From NCBI RefSeq assembly GCF_006345805.1, contig NW_021824055.1, positions 1 to 20,064 of the forward strand: a stretch of DNA of 20,064 nucleotides. The letters run 5' to 3'. Position numbers and translations under genes: made by a program. The DNA comes from Octopus sinensis (taxonomy: Eukaryota). Each line of letters begins with the position of its first letter. Positions within the stretch are counted from its first letter, which is position 1. Positions 19,927-20,064 of the stretch are shown here, piece by piece. The notes under the pieces were generated by a model, which saw only the letters and a list, made by a program, of their open reading frames with translations, had not been told where the DNA came from and made no database searches.

Positions 19927-19990
<64 letters not shown>
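17722..19990 (+). repeat. Segmental duplication unit 3 (partial; parallels 2755-about 4990)
   Basis: Starts at catatgaa…ggtaatataatagaa and is collinear through the core, (TA)n, (GA)n, hairpin and (TG)n regions to the (AAT)n tract at about 19930-19990. Confidence 0.93.
18491..18778. repeat. Compound (TA)n/(TG)n tract with a higher-order unit
   Basis: Three recurrences of (TG)n-tatgtattt[a/g]tatg[c/t]atg-(TA)n. Confidence 0.88.
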
Positions 19991-19991
<1 letters not shown>

Positions 19992-20064
19992 TTGATATGA
20001 CTGTCCCAATCGATATAAACGTATCTGTCAAGACCTACCAAAAACTGAGCAAATATAAAGATCT
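19991..20064 (+). mobile_element. 5'-truncated R4/Dong-like retrotransposon: restriction-like endonuclease coding segment, continuing beyond the window
   Basis: Open frame IDMTVPIDINVSVKTYQKLSKYKD(L) starting immediately after (AAT)n. It fits the RLE motif ID..[IV]P.D.N…K..[EQ]K..KY.DL of early-branching non-LTR elements. It is absent from the paralogous tracts at 4970 and 14130. Confidence 0.8.

Noticed and set aside
1-20064. CRISPR array or prokaryotic operon/defence system
   Set aside because: There are no regularly spaced direct repeats with unique spacers and no gene-dense coding structure. The sequence is eukaryotic repeat-rich DNA.

Overview
This is AT-rich, repeat-saturated eukaryotic non-coding DNA, most likely from an octopus or other coleoid cephalopod. 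That assignment rests on recalled resemblance of the SINE families and on the density of (AT)n/(GT)n/(AAT)n tracts; it was not database-checked. I find no intact protein-coding gene, tRNA, rRNA or CRISPR array. Almost every ORF in the track is a translation of microsatellite or SINE sequence. The window is a hierarchical segmental-duplication mosaic. Unit 1 (2343-8140) corresponds to unit 2 (12147-17708), and a partial unit 3 (17722-19990) follows. 1324-2335 is a direct copy of 10078-11094. 1-1323 is an inverted copy of 11167-12462, and its first 316 bp form a near-perfect inverted repeat with 2343-2658. Two rearrangement junctions carry short locally templated insertions resembling polymerase-theta/SD-MMEJ repair scars. 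The only convincing protein-derived sequence belongs to an R4/Dong-like non-LTR retrotransposon: a decayed RT/thumb region at about 7950-9180 and a clean restriction-like endonuclease (RLE) segment starting right after an (AAT)n tract at 19991. Paralogous (AAT)n sites also hold two different AAT-tailed inserts. At least three tRNA-derived SINE families are present, including an antiparallel SINE-in-SINE nest.
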